Below, one piece after another: positions 48,868 through 62,981 of a stretch of 64,000 nucleotides of DNA. A model generated the notes under the pieces. The model did not search any database and had not been told where the DNA came from. It saw only the letters and a program-made list of their open reading frames with translations. The translations under genes and the position numbers were made by a program. Each line of letters begins with the position of its first letter. The first letter of the stretch is position 1. Origin of the DNA: Octopus sinensis (Eukaryota); contig NC_042999.1 of assembly GCF_006345805.1 (NCBI RefSeq), positions 45,942,001 through 46,006,000 of the forward strand. The letters run 5' to 3'.

Positions 48868-50108
48868 TGCATAATATGCAGGGAGTGTAAAATTGTATCT
48901 TTTTACTGTTTATATTTCTCTGGCTTATTCTGACTAAGAATGCTTGATAAAATTTAGACTACTTATGAAAAATAATATCTAAAAGTTTACCAATATTTGT
49001 AATTCTCTAAAAACAAATGCAATTTGTCAATTTGCAACTGTATCCTTTTCTTTGTTTCATTTAAATATTTTTCTTTGTCTATTTATTAAGTAAAGTTAAA
49101 AGAATTTATGAAGCAAATTTCTCTTTTAGTATTTTATTTGATAGATACAAGCCATAGACGGGCTCTGTTTATCACTGGCAAAAATAGTGTTTTCCTTGTA
49201 TAATTCTCACATGTTACAAATCCCATTTGTGGTTTCATCTCATTCTGCTTCATGAACTTGATGCAACTCACTGGAAACCAGTAACTGGATCTGCTTTCTG
49301 AAATAAACTATTAAAAAGATCTATGTTGTAAGTTCATTCTAACTGGTTTATAAGCTCCTAGACAACTTGCACTGTCCATAACCAATGTTTCTTTCTCCAA
49401 ATGTTTTGTTTTTAAATATTTGTTCACTTTCCAGAGGATCCCTACAGCAAACCAGGCTTCTAATACCATCAGTCATCAGTTGGGTCTTATAAAATAGACA
49501 TTTAATGAGACAATGTTATTTTTGACTTAAAGTGACTTTTTCCTTTGACAATATATTGTTTTATATTATATCATGGATGAAACATCTTAACTATTTCAGA
49601 ACACAGAACAACTGTTATATTCATCTTTTATTTATTTCTTGGGGCATCAACATTTTCATCACATGTCTGTGACCTGGTACTGACATAATTTCACTGAACT
49701 TATTGAAAATTGGTTACTTCTTGGTGAGATTTTATAGACCCCTGTGGATTTTATTTACATTTTGGTTGATGGGGAGATGAAGAGCTTATGTGTAGTCTAC
49801 TGCAGAATTGCTGTTTGATATTTTGATATTGGTGACTGTTACTCATTTTAGGTTCAAATCCTCTGTTTTCCTTCTTAATCTATATTATATATTTATTTTT
49901 TATAGTTCATTACTACTATTCTTACATTTCTTTTCTCGTAGGGTCAGTTCCAAACACACAGAGATTACTTCCATTATCTATCTCTCCCCACTCTCTCATT
50001 CACACTCTCTCCTGATACATATGTATATATGCATGTATATTTATATGGCATATGTGTGTGTATGTGTAAATATGTGTGTGTGTATGTATATATATATAAT
50101 ATATATAT

Positions 50109-50140
<32 letters not shown>

Positions 50141-50269
50141 ATACACATATACATTATCTATCTCTCCCACTCTCTCATTCACACTCTCTCCTGATACATA
50201 TGTATATATGCATGTATATTTATATGGCATATGTGTGTGTATGTGTAAATATGTGTGTGTGTATGTATG

Positions 50270-50313
<44 letters not shown>

Positions 50314-50894
50314 TACATATATATACACATATACATATATATACACACACACACACACATATATACATATTATTATTATATGTATATATGTATGTATATG
50401 TGTGTTTGTGTGTGTGTCTATAATGTTTTAAATGTCTACTTGCAATACAGATCTATTTTCCCTTGAGAGTCACAGGCATTACAAAAGAGATATCCTGTCT
50501 TGATAACATTGGCACAATTAGAGATTTGAATTTGAGATTAAAGAATTAAAACAAAAAGATGCATAGAAATCACATATTTAACTTCTTCATTTTTGCTAGT
50601 GTATTGCAAACTTAAGATCTCTTGTCAGTGGTTATCATGTATAGCATTATCTCATTCTTTTCAAAAATTGTCAGAAGCTTTTGCTAAATTGATGAATTTA
50701 ACGTATTGTTTCAAAAAAGAAATATGAACAGGCATGTCTGTGTGGTAAAAGTTTGCTTCCCACTGCATGGCACCTTGGGCAAGTGTCTTCTACTATACCC
50801 TTGGTCTGACCAATGCCTTTTGTGTAGATTTGGTCGATGGAAACTGAAAGAAACCCATTACACACACACACACACACACTCACACTCACACACA

Positions 50895-50940
<46 letters not shown>

Positions 50941-51318
50941 TATGTACAGGGTGTGTTGGGTAAATTGTCACCATTTTATATTTTTAATTTCGTGCCTTGT
51001 TTGTTTTCGATTTTTATCAACTACACAGTATAGTAGGGTCAGTTGGACACCACCTTTGACAAATAGCCTATACAACATGTTTATCATCTTACTTCTATGG
51101 GGTAAAACAGTTTTTCCATAACTTAGCAGTTTGCTGAAAGAGACTAATAGAATAGGTACTTAGTTTTTTTTTTAAACAAAGTACTGGGGTGATCTGTTTT
51201 GACTAAGAACCCTCTGATCTAGTGTTCCAGCATGGCTGCAGTCCAATGCCTGAAGCAATTGAAAGATTTCTAAAAAAATATTCTTAAAACTTGGTCTTGG
51301 AGTCACCCAAATATTTAA

Positions 51319-51523
51319 CCCTCTAGCATTCATATTACTCTTATTCATTAACATTGTTTTGAATTAATCATGTATTATCCTGTAGCTTCAAGTGTTTGAT
51401 AATGTGGTAGTTTAGTTTTAGAATGACAATGTAGGGTGGGTGTAAGGGGTCAAATATGGCCAGTTTGAACACAAAGCAGGTGTAATATTTTGACCTGATG
51501 TAGTCCATTTAAATGCTAAAAGG
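51319..51523. mobile_element. piggyBac-like MITE (same family as 39911, opposite orientation)
   Basis: TTAA at both ends and CCCTCTAGCATT/AATGCTAAAAGG termini. Confidence 0.82.
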
Positions 51524-51574
51524 TTAAAAAGCTGCACTGTGTGTAACTCAAGCTTGTGAATAATACTAATATTG

Positions 51575-51980
51575 CTCTTTTACTCTTTACTCTTTAACTT
51601 GTTTCAGCCATTTGACTGTGGCCATGCTGGAGCACTACCTTTAGTCGAGCAAATCGACCCCAGGACTTATTCTTTGTAAGCCTAGTACTTATTCTATTGG
51701 TCTCTTTTGCCAAACCGCTAAGTTATGGGGACGTAAACACACCAGCATCGGTTGTCAAGCGATGTTAGGGGGACAGACACATAAACATACACACACACAA
51801 ACATGTATATGTATACATATATACGATGGGCTTCTTTCAGTTTCCATCTACGAAATCCACTCACAAGGCTTTGGTCGGCCCGAGGCTATAGTAGAAGACA
51901 CTTTCCCAAGGTGCCACGCAGTGGGACTGAACCTGGAATCATGTAGTTCATAAGCAAGCTACTTACCACACAGCCACTCA
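51575..51980 (-). mobile_element. Family A SINE
   Basis: Full homology to the 47237 copy. Confidence 0.9.
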
Positions 51981-52326
51981 TTTTTCTTTTTAACTATTAT
52001 TAAAAGAGATTTCAAATTACTGAAGAACATGTAAGAATGTGACACTGACACTGACATGACGATTATGGATTTTTATTTACAGTTATAAAATGTATGCCAC
52101 ATACTAGTTGGTCTGCTAGTTTGGTAACAGACTGTAACTTTAAACAAGGTTAAATAATTTTAACATGTAAAAATGACTGACATGCTGAAAGATTTGAAAG
52201 CAGTGCCAAAAGCAAAGAAATAAAAAAAGGAACAAATCAGTGGTGTCTTCATTTATTCTGTGACTTTGTTCTGCCTTTGTTCTGTGTATGTATGTGCCAG
52301 AAGTAATCAACTTTGTTTCGGTTAGC

Positions 52327-52641
52327 ATGTCTGCGAAGAGGAAAATGAAGCGACAGTTGACATTGACAATCAAGCAGATAGCGAGATTCTACAGAATTTG
52401 GATCATGATGAAAAGACATGAAAACCTGTACAAGAATACAAAACGTTTTATTGACTGAATGACACAAAATCTCTGTTAGTCTTGTGTGTGTACTTGTGTG
52501 TGTTTGTGTGCATGTGTGCGTTAGATAATTGTTTCAGTCTGGCTTCCTTTGTTTATGATCAGATCAGGTATCCAAAACAATCAGATATTTCAACAAAATA
52601 CTCCCCACTTGCCTCGTTTGGATAATTGAGGTCTATCTGTA
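52327..52641 (+). mobile_element. pogo/Tigger transposase N-terminal remnant and a probable right terminus
   Basis: MSAKRKMKRQLTLTIKQ / EILQNLDH with one frameshift resembles the CENP-B-type N-terminal HTH. GGATAATTGAGGTCTATCTG|TA lies at ~52620-52641. Confidence 0.45.
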
Positions 52642-52654
52642 GTTTTATTTATAT

Positions 52655-52659
52655 GTACA

Positions 52660-52733
<74 letters not shown>

Positions 52734-52973
52734 ATATATGTATGTGGTGTGTGTATATATGTATGTGTGTGTGTATATATGTATGGTGTGTGTATATATG
52801 TGTGTGTGTGTGGTGTGTATATATGGTGTGTGTGTGTGTGTGTATATGTATGTTTGTGTGTGTGTGTATATATGTATGTGTGTGTGTGTGTATATTATAT
52901 GTGTGTGTGTGTGTGTATATATATATGTGTGTGTGTGTATATATATATGTGTGTGTGTGTGTATATATATATG

Positions 52974-53023
<50 letters not shown>

Positions 53024-53025
53024 AA
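52655..53025. repeat. (TA)n/(TG)n compound microsatellite
   Basis: Directly visible. Confidence 0.9.
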
Positions 53026-53634
53026 TGTTACTTTATTTGTTGGTATTATAGCATAATCAAAGATTCCAGTGATTTGCTGTGCTTATTCCTCTTCTTTGTC
53101 TGAAGAGCTTTTGAAATTATTTAATGCCTATGTGCATATGAACACACAATCACACTCATGTGTACATGCATGTGTACACACACACACACACACTCACAAA
53201 CAACAACAACAATAATAATAATAATAATAATAATAGTGGTTTCTACTTTAGGCTCATGACCAGAAATTTTAGGGAGGAGGTAGGTTGATTACATTGACAC
53301 CAGTACTTAACTGGTACATATTTTGTCAACCCCAAAAGGATAAGAAGGAAAGTCAACCTTGGCAGAATTTGAACTGGGAATTTTGGGGAAGTAAGTAGTT
53401 GGTTACGTCAATCCTAGTAATTAACAGGTACTTATTTTATCGCCTCTCCAACACCACCCCATAAGGATGTAAGGCAAAGACCCATGACAGAATTTGAACT
53501 CAGAACCTAGAGAGCCATAAGAAATGTCACTAAGCATTTAGTTTTCCATGCTAATGTTTCTACCGCTGCTGATGCTGCTACTACTGCTTTCTACTGTATG
53601 CACAATGCCTGAAATTTGACAGGAAAGAAAATAC

Positions 53635-54130
53635 TTGTCAACTAATAGATGTAAGTGTTTCCACTGATAAAAATATATCTGTAAAGTAATTTGACAAATT
53701 AAGTAAATATAAGATCCTGGAAATTGAAATACAAAAGATGTGATATCTTAAAGCAAGAACTAACTCTGTTATTGTTGGTGCCCTAGGTATGATAAAAAAG
53801 AGATGTCAGAAAGATCTAGATAACATCCCAGGAGAACCATGTCTCAGAGAAATCCAAAAGATTGTGCTGATAAGTTCTGCCCACATCCTTAGAAAGAGCC
53901 CTATCAATTTAAATGTTGGTGTTGTATTACATGGAGATATTTTGCTACTGCCCCTGCCACTTCCCCACCCCAAGCTTTCAGTCATACAGTAATGGCCCTT
54001 ATCTTTCACTCACCCTAGGACGCTGGGTGTGTCTCAATGTCCTAGGGTGAGTGAGATTGTAACAAACATGCAGATTAAAAGTAAATAACAATATTAATAC
54101 TAACAATAATAATAATAATAATAATATTAA
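53635..54130 (+). mobile_element. 3' end of an R4/Dong-clade LINE (restriction-like endonuclease, 3'UTR, (AAT)n tail)
   Basis: LIDVSVSTDKNISVK*FDKLSKYKILEIEIQKM*YLK...VIVGALGMIKK...EIQKIVL..SAHILRK. Confidence 0.85.
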
Positions 54131-54803
54131 TAATAATAATCTTTTAAGAAATAAAACTCTACTACATAAATTGAGTTCTTTTTCTCTTGCTTGTAGATCA
54201 AATGCACATGCACATACACATGCATAACATCTTTAAAATGAGTGATGCTTTTTATTTATTATTTCACCTGTAGCAACAATTTATATGACTATAAAATTAT
54301 GACATACACATCATGTCATTTGAAACTGTGTGTTATTCACTTCCTCTTATCTTGCTGTTAACTGGACCTTAAATTCCCCCCCCCCCTTGATATCTCTTCC
54401 TCTTTGCTTTATTTGTTGATTTCAACAAACTTCAGTGACTTATTTGAATAACCTAAAAATATTTGTTGCTTAGCTGTAACTGAACATCCCAGTAGACACA
54501 GTATTATTTGCAATCATTAACACCACTGTTGTTTTTTTTCTCTTCTAATCTATTATCCTATATAATAGAGAAAGTATAAATAATTGACTCTGTTTGTCAG
54601 TGTTTAAAGATTTGTTAGTCTTGTAGATTACAAAGTAAGCTCAATAGTGCTAATTCACCCACTCATCCAGTATACTCTGTAAAATATTTGGTGCTAGTGA
54701 AGTTATCACCACCACCATCACCACCTCCACTACCACCATCATCATAATTTAATGTCCCCTTTTCCATGCTGGCATGGGTTGGACTGCCCAGCCACAGCGA
54801 CCC

Positions 54804-55228
54804 TTACTCTTTTACTCTTTTACTTGTTTCAGTCATTAGACTGTGGCCATGCTGGAGCACTGCTTTTAGTTGAGCAAATCGACCCCGGACTTATTTTTTG
54901 TAAGTCTAGTACTTATTCTATCGGTCTCTTTTGCCAAACTGCTAAGTTACAGGGATGTAAACACACCAGCATCGGTTATCAAGCATTGTTGGGGGGACAA
55001 ACACAGACACACAAACATATACGCACACACATACATATACATATATATATATATACATATATATGACAGGCTTCTTTCAGTTTCTGTCTACCAAATCCAC
55101 TCACAAAGCTTTGGTCGGCCCGAGGCTATAGTAGAAGACGCTTGCCCAAGGTGCTATGCAGTGGGACTGAACCCAGAACCATGTAGTTTGTAACCAAGCT
55201 ACTTACCACACAACCACTCCTACGCCTA
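54804..55228 (-). mobile_element. Family A SINE next to an RTE-tail remnant (54720-54800)
   Basis: Full homology to the 47237 copy. Confidence 0.9.
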
Positions 55229-55450
55229 TACCAAAACTGGAATGTTTTTAACAACACATGGTCTTTATTTGGAAAGTCAGTAACACCAAATAAGAACTTA
55301 TTTTTTACTGCTATTCGCTGGTGCCTCTAGGAAAAATAAGTTGACGAAATACAGCTCGGGGTTTTGACGAATGTCTTCCTAAAATTGAAGCGACATGGGT
55401 GCTAAATTGTGGACATGCTTAAATTACATTCACGCACACATCCTGCCTTT

Positions 55451-55499
<49 letters not shown>

Positions 55500-55536
55500 T
55501 ATATACATATATATATATATAAATATATATATATAA

Positions 55537-55580
<44 letters not shown>

Positions 55581-57699
55581 CAATGTTGATGATGATGAGC
55601 CTTAGTTTATCCTTCTATAGGATAAAATATAACATCTACTTGACCTCAGAATGACAGAAAATACTAAATATTCCAAGTAATTTACTGTAATGCTTTTCTG
55701 TGTCTGCTAACCCACTTCCTCCAATAATACTGTATTTTCCACCATACAAATTGTTGTAGTCTAATTATATAAACATGCTGTGTAAACATTCATGGATCAT
55801 CACTATCATTCCAAATCCTACTGCATTTCACGTGAAGTGTTTTTGGTCTTTCAAAGTCATCTTGATGTATTAGACAACCAATAATTTCTTTTGGCTATAA
55901 ATTTTGGTTTGAAACATTTGACTTGTAATTCCACAAAATTCAGTAAGTCTTTGAAATGATTTTTTTTATCTAGGTATGAAGTCTGGGATTTGTAAAGAAT
56001 GGAAATTGGAAATGCTTCTGTAAAATTAGCAATTACTGTCTATAGCTCTCCCTAATTCCTCTCAATGATTAAACAACTGTAAAATGAAAATGGTACCAAC
56101 TAGTAATCAAATCAAATTCCTGAAGGTGGTGTTTGGCCAAAAAAAATTTATCACAACTTCATTCTACCAACCGAATTATTTATATTACTTTCAGTTTCAA
56201 ATTTGGCACAAGGCCATTAGGTGTTTAGGGAGTGGGCCATGATTGAAGGAACTGAGTCCAGTACATTCTATGTAATTTATTGATTTGGGAGAAATGACTT
56301 GTAAAGTCATCTCAGTAAGATTTGAATGCAGAATACAAAAGGGATGTAACTATATACCTCAAAAATGTTTGGTTTGGCAATCTTCTGTTTATTTTACCTT
56401 ATTTCATTTCCCTTTAAAAGTTCAACAAGTTCATGCCTCTCTTGCTTTCAAGGCAAATATTTGACCAGTGCTATATCACAGAATTTGTGTTAAAACTATT
56501 AACAGCTATTTTTTTTTTTTCTTAGTTTCAGAGGGAAAGCAACATGGAAATTTAAGGCATTCATGGCCTATTTTTCTTAGAAAGCATTAGCAAAATATTA
56601 GTAACATTTTTATTCCTTGTTCAGTAAAGTTTACTGTGCTGGTTCCTCTGCATGATAGCTTAACATGGTAGAAACAGCAGCTAAAACTGTCTGAAAATAA
56701 AAAATAACACATTGGATTAAAAAAATGAGTTGATCGTAGTTGGAATGACCTTGGTCATTGTTGATTTGGAACAAGATAATAATACTACCCGCAGGTTGTT
56801 TATCAAGGTTCCAATCATTTTCTTTTCTGTAGATATTCCATATCCAAAGGACATCATTAACAAGAGTAGACATTTACTGAGAAGACAGGATACATTCTTC
56901 ATCAGGTCTTTCTTTGAAAATAGATATGTTGCCATTACAGCTTATACTACTTGTTTGATCACTACAGTAATACAGTGACAGGTCTGCAACAAATTATTAA
57001 CATAAGTAATTCCTCCAATAGAATAAATCAGTGTCATTAATTGATAAATTCTAAGATTACTATTACACACACACACTTATCTTTACTTACTAGCCTATTT
57101 AATCATTCAGTTAAATTACACAGACCTCCATGTAGTTTTGTTCTATTCTTCCTGATAATTCTTATCTATTATAACTCCAATCCCAGTACCAAAATCGCAA
57201 ATGGCCTGTTCATGTGTCACACTGGCTCCATTTCTTAGTTTCTTCTCTGGAGAGACAAATCTACTTACTGGGATATTAAAAAAAAAAGGAAAATTTTTTT
57301 GAAATATTATGCATAATATTCCCCACATGAATCCAAAACTTTATTCCGTGTTGTTTCTTTTACTGTTATTGTAGATTCTCACCTCATATGTACCGAAATC
57401 CTCAAATGATTTGTCTTCTTTCTAACTTTGTCATCTTCATCAATCACATCCTACACATTCCTCTAACTGCAACATTTTTTTTCATCCTTCCTAGTTCTTG
57501 TAATTCCACACTCTATCCAGCTGCTATCAGCTGCTCTCATTTGATATTCCCTTTTTCTATTAATGGTGACTATTGCCATATTCTCTAAACATAAGATTCA
57601 CATGGCTGTTGGACCTGTCAAAGATACTTGATAAGTCTCCTTCAAATAACACTCTGCAGACTTGTAAAACTAACTAGTTGTAGTTGTAGTCGTAAAGTG

Positions 57700-57900
57700 A
57701 GATGCAATGGCCTAGTGCTAGGGTGTTGCTTGCACAATCATTAGACTATGGTTTCAATTCCTGGACTGGGTGGTGCGATTTGTTCTTGTGCAAAACACTT
57801 CATCTGGTGTTGCTCTGTGATCTCTTCAACACTTGATGCATTGTACACAGTGCATCTGTTCAGGCAACATCAGTTTGATCTATCTCAGACTATGAAAGAC
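57700..57900 (+). mobile_element. Diverged CORE-like family D SINE
   Basis: TGGCCTAGTGCTAGG...GGTTTCAATTCC...TTCTTGTGCAAAACACTTCAT. Confidence 0.65.
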
Positions 57901-58369
57901 TACCATCATCATAGTTACAGTAGTAGTAGATGATTTTTGGAAAAGGACGGATCAGTGACTGCTGGAATGCCTTTGATCATAGGTATGCCCCATCAAAGCT
58001 GACTTGGAGTTAAACAACAATAGCAAAGATGCATTTACGTAATCATCATTGTCATTTTAACACCCACTCATCCATGCTTACCTGGGTCAGGTAAAATTCT
58101 CTGAGGATGATTTTCTGTTGTCACCTACTCCTTCTGTCTCCATCCCTCACCTTGATTTCAATCAAGGTAATATTTTTTCTAGTCCTTTGAACAACGGCCA
58201 GTACAATGGCTGGACATAATTTCATGCAAGATTACAAATGAATGACGCTAATTTTATGAGAGTGAGGTTCATTTACAATTAGCACGCAATGTCAAAGCAA
58301 GGAGAGACACACATCCATTCACATATTCACATCTCTGCATCCATATATGCATATGTATGCATATATACA

Positions 58370-58602
58370 CATTTCTTTACTACCCACAAGGAGCTAAACA
58401 CAGAGGGGACAAACAAGGACAAACAAACGGATTAAGTCAATTATATCAACCCCAGTGCATAACTGGTACTTATTTAATCGACCTAGAAAGGATGAAAGGC
58501 AAAGTCGACCTTGGTGGAATTTGAACTCAGAACGTAGTGGCAGACGAAGTACCGCAAAGCATTTCGCCCAGTGTGCTAACGTTTCTGCCAGCTCGCCACC
58601 TT
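58370..58602 (-). mobile_element. Family C (Nin/Deu-like) SINE, full length
   Basis: Reverse complement of the 38088 copy. Confidence 0.87.
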
Positions 58603-58628
58603 CGCATATATACATGAATGCTTGCACA

Positions 58629-58676
<48 letters not shown>

Positions 58677-58789
58677 TATATACATACATACATATCATTA
58701 ACTTGCAGTTTTGCATAAACTTGGTATTGTTTACAGGGTAGATTCTCCTTTCATTAACTACTTTACAGTGTATGTATGTATGTATATAT

Positions 58790-58820
<31 letters not shown>

Positions 58821-59019
58821 GTATGTATATATATATATATACACACACATATATTTGTATATATATAGTATATATGTATATAAATATATATATATGTATA
58901 TTTGTATATCTATCTATATATATATATGTATGTATGTATATATGTATATATACATATATAAACATACACATATAAAACATATATATATATTTATACAAAA
59001 ATTATCACATCTAACCAGC

Positions 59020-59575
59020 TATGGAAGAATGTGTGTGTAGTACTGAAAGCACGCAATAGGCCAGAATTAGAAAAGATGAAATAGTTTGGGCAGCTCTTGC
59101 TTCTGCTGACAAGAAAAATATCTACCCTTTGAGTGAAGGGCAGATTGTAAGGCATATGAGTACAACATCGTTTGCATGGTGGTGAGATATGGGCACTGAA
59201 TATGGAGGATGTGCAAAGGTTGGAGGCAAACTGAGCAAGCATGGTCTGCTGGATGTGTAATGTTACTGTGCATGAATGATGAAGCAGAAATTAGCTGAGA
59301 GAAATAGTGGAAAGAAGAAGAAAGTTGTACTGTGCCAGCACAATGGCTACAGTGCTTTGGACATGGGATGCATATAGATGATGACAAGTGGTGAAGAATT
59401 TGCCAGGAGATTCATGTCGAAGGATGACATGAACAGAAGTAGTGAAAGCTGATCTCAGAAAGCTAAAACTTACAAAAGAGGTAACAAAGAAATGCAGCAA
59501 GTGGTCAGATGCTGTTAGAGAGGACTCGTGTAACCCATGCAAACATCAAAAATGGATGCAAAAATGATGATGAGG
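59020..59575 (+). mobile_element. Decayed RTE LINE 3' end (thumb, C-terminus, (GAT)n tail)
   Basis: Remnants of RVKGRL, LHGGEIWALNMEDVQRL and W.EVVKADLRKL. The tail AACCCATGCAAACAT..AAAATGGATG..AAATGATGATG is the same as in the RTE-tailed SINEs. Confidence 0.75.
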
Positions 59576-59589
59576 TAGATATATATATG

Positions 59590-59755
59590 TTTATGACAAG
59601 CTTCTTTCAGTCTCCTAAAATTCACTCACAAGGTTTTGATTAGTCTGGGACTATCAAAAGAAGACATTGCCGAAGGTGCTGCAGAATGAAACTGAACTCA
59701 AAACCACTTGGTTGCAAAGCAAACTTCTTTACCACACAGCCATGCCTATGCCTAA
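59590..59755 (-). mobile_element. Family A SINE head
   Basis: Reverse complement of TAGGCATAGGCATGGCTGTGTGGTAAAG...GAGTTCAGTTTC. Confidence 0.75.
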
Positions 59756-60594
59756 TAGATAACAACTTTTCTCTTTCATTTGAATGTTTAACGTAGTAGA
59801 AAATATCATTTCTGGATAAAATGGAATTAAAATACCATATTCTATTAGATTAAAGGTAACATCTATATGTACCTAACCAAATTGGTGACAATTCTAACAC
59901 CATGTATAGTAATTGGATCATGTTTGCATTGGAATTTAAGAATAGTAGTAACATTTCTTATAATCCATTCAGTAAATTCTCTACTATCATATAGCTTTCA
60001 CTAAATTATCCTTGTAATTTTCAAAAAAAATATTTCTATAGAATTATCCTACCAGTTCTTACTGATATCTGCTATTATCTTCAGTTGTTCAAATAGACGC
60101 TAAAACTTCTAATCAGTGGCTAATTAGTTGATTCAAAATATAAATGTGTGAAATATCCAACATTTTTCCTTTCTTTCTTATACACATTCTACAAATAGTT
60201 AGCAACAGAATACTGTATCTAATGGCTTACTTACAGTTTAAAATTACTTTCCACTGTAATTTGTTTATTAACCTTATATTTGAAACCCAATTAGACGCTG
60301 ATTGAAACTGACTGCCGAAGATTAAATATCTATGTACAACTTTGTATTGCAAATATTCTTAAGTGAAATTTTAGTGCCATTCAATTAAGCCTTTTATGTT
60401 CTGAACAGCCACCAATATCTAAAATAATGTCAATAATAAAAAAGAAAACGTCTCTTGGAAATGGAAATGTTTTCATTTAAATCTGTCATTGTTTTATGTA
60501 CTTATATTTGGCTCTCAAAGAATAATCTAATATTTACTCATAGATTTTTGGTTCCTTCCAATATTGAAGATCAGAAAGAATTATTTATATATAT

Positions 60595-60895
60595 ATAGGC
60601 ATTGGTATGGCTGCATGGAAAGAGGTTTACTTACCAATGGCATGATTCTGGGTTCAGACTCATTAATGGCACCATGAGCAAGTGCTTTCTACAAGAGCTT
60701 TGGGCCAATCAAAGCCTTTTGAATGGATTTGTTGGATGGTGTGTTTATGTCCCCGTAACTTAGCAGTTCGGCAAAAGAGTACAATAGAATAAGTACTAGG
60801 CTTACAAAGAATAAGTCCTGGGGTCGAGTTGCTCGACAATAGGTGGTGCTTCAGCATGGTTGCAGTCAAATGTCTGAAAAGAGTAAAAGAAAAGA
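60595..60895 (+). mobile_element. Family A SINE with the central microsatellite region deleted
   Basis: The head is joined directly to TGGTGTGTTTATGTCCCCGTAACTTAG...GAAAAGAGTAAAAG. Confidence 0.82.
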
Positions 60896-61339
60896 GTATA
60901 TACACACACACACACACACACACTGTAATATAATTAATATATGTGTGTGCACATACACACATTTACACATATTTATAGTTATACTAGTAAGCACAAGTAA
61001 AGCTGTGAAATTAAGAATTGTTTTTCAATCATGCACTGCACCTTGGGTCAGTGTCTTCTACTATGGCCCTGGTTCAATCAGAGCCTCATAGAAAGTGAAA
61101 ACAAAGCCCATCGTGTATGTGTGTGTGTGTGGGGGGGGGTGCATTTGCACTTCTTTGAAATTTGTCCAAATTTAGGCAGGGAATTTGCTGTCATTTTCCC
61201 TTTTAGCTGGTCATCCTCTAGCTTTGCCCCTTCAAAGTTATTTGGAATATGATATCTATTGCTTGATAAACAGGTAAGGATTAGTAACAGTAAAGGCAGC
61301 TGACTGTAAAACAATATCGTAATTAATATACTTGTTGAA

Positions 61340-61495
61340 CCCAAAGCCAGCGAACTGGCGAAATAATTAGCACATTGAGCAAAAAACTTACTTGGCTTCA
61401 TTTTGTCCATCTTTATGTTCTTGAGTTCAAATTCCATTGAGGTCCACTTTGCTTTTCATCCCTTTGGGGTCCATAACGTAAGTACCGGTTGCTGA
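61340..61495 (+). mobile_element. Diverged family C SINE
   Basis: GAGTTCAAATTCCATTGAGGTCCACTTTGCTTTTCATCCCTTTGGGGTC. Confidence 0.65.
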
Positions 61496-61989
61496 GATTG
61501 TGCTAAAATTTGAAATCAATAAAATTTGAAATCATGGCTGCAGTCAAATGACTGAAACAAGTAAAAGAATAAAACAGTACCTGTCGTCCCACACTAACAT
61601 GAAGCAAAAAAATGGAGAAAATTTGTATGTGTGTGTGGTGTGTGTGAATGTAGGCATATCCATTTGATGAAGTACTGTTTGATCCTGTGGTATGACTTCC
61701 TTGGTAAATGTCTTTCAGCCAAATTTTTTTTTTGGTGAAATTGAAAGAAAGAAGCTCTTTCTGAGGGAGTGAAACTTTTAATTCAAAGAGACAGCCTTTT
61801 AACACACTGTGTAACACCGAATTTGCATGAGTAATTATTTCATTAAAGCTATGAATGTCTGTAGGGTGTGTATGATGTTCAGAGTATTGGTCACTTGGAA
61901 TATTTATTGTCAAAAGTGACTGTGTATCAGTTTGCTTTATTATGTGTATCTATCTGTTTTTCTGTGTATGTGTGTGAGAGAGAATTTAT

Positions 61990-62013
61990 GTATCTTTGTG
62001 TGTGTCTCATGTA

Positions 62014-62063
<50 letters not shown>

Positions 62064-62200
62064 TAATATATATATATATACACACACGCATACATATATA
62101 AAAATGCACGCACACACATATACTTATATTTGTATATATGTATATAAATATATATATATGTATATATATATATATTATATATATATATATATATATATTA

Positions 62201-62233
<33 letters not shown>

Positions 62234-62412
62234 CATACATATATAAAAATGCACGCACACACATATACTTATATTTGTATATATGTATATATATATATAT
62301 ATTTGTGTGTATATATATATATTTATATATATATATAATATATATATATATAGATACACATATATTTGTATATATATAGTATATATGTATATAAATATAT
62401 ATATATGTATAT

Positions 62413-62450
<38 letters not shown>

Positions 62451-62567
62451 GGATGTATGTATGTGCATATGTATATATACATATATAAACATACACATAT
62501 AAAACATGTATATATATTTATACAAAAATTATCACATACACACACACATAAATATATATATATATAT

Positions 62568-62601
<34 letters not shown>

Positions 62602-62610
62602 AATATATAT
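61990..62610. repeat. Compound (TA)/(TG)/(CA) microsatellite with internal duplications
   Basis: Directly visible. Confidence 0.88.
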
Positions 62611-62879
62611 GAGACGTATGTGTCCACAGACTTCTGTGTATTTTCATACATGATAATTTATAGATTATCTTTAATGATTTCCATTTTTTTTTTATTGCCT
62701 AATAAGTAATAAACAGGAATAGAGTCTTTGGTCATTGGTTCTATATTTTTTAAGAGATATTTCACAATTAACTCTAGTTTATCAATTCTGAAAAAGCAGA
62801 AATCTTTCACATATAATTTTTACACTCTACTTTATGTCTTTCATAATAAAAAAAAAGAAATATGTATATATATATATAC

Positions 62880-62911
<32 letters not shown>

Positions 62912-62950
62912 ATAAATATATATATATATGTGTGTGTGTTTGTGTGTATA

Positions 62951-62981
<31 letters not shown>

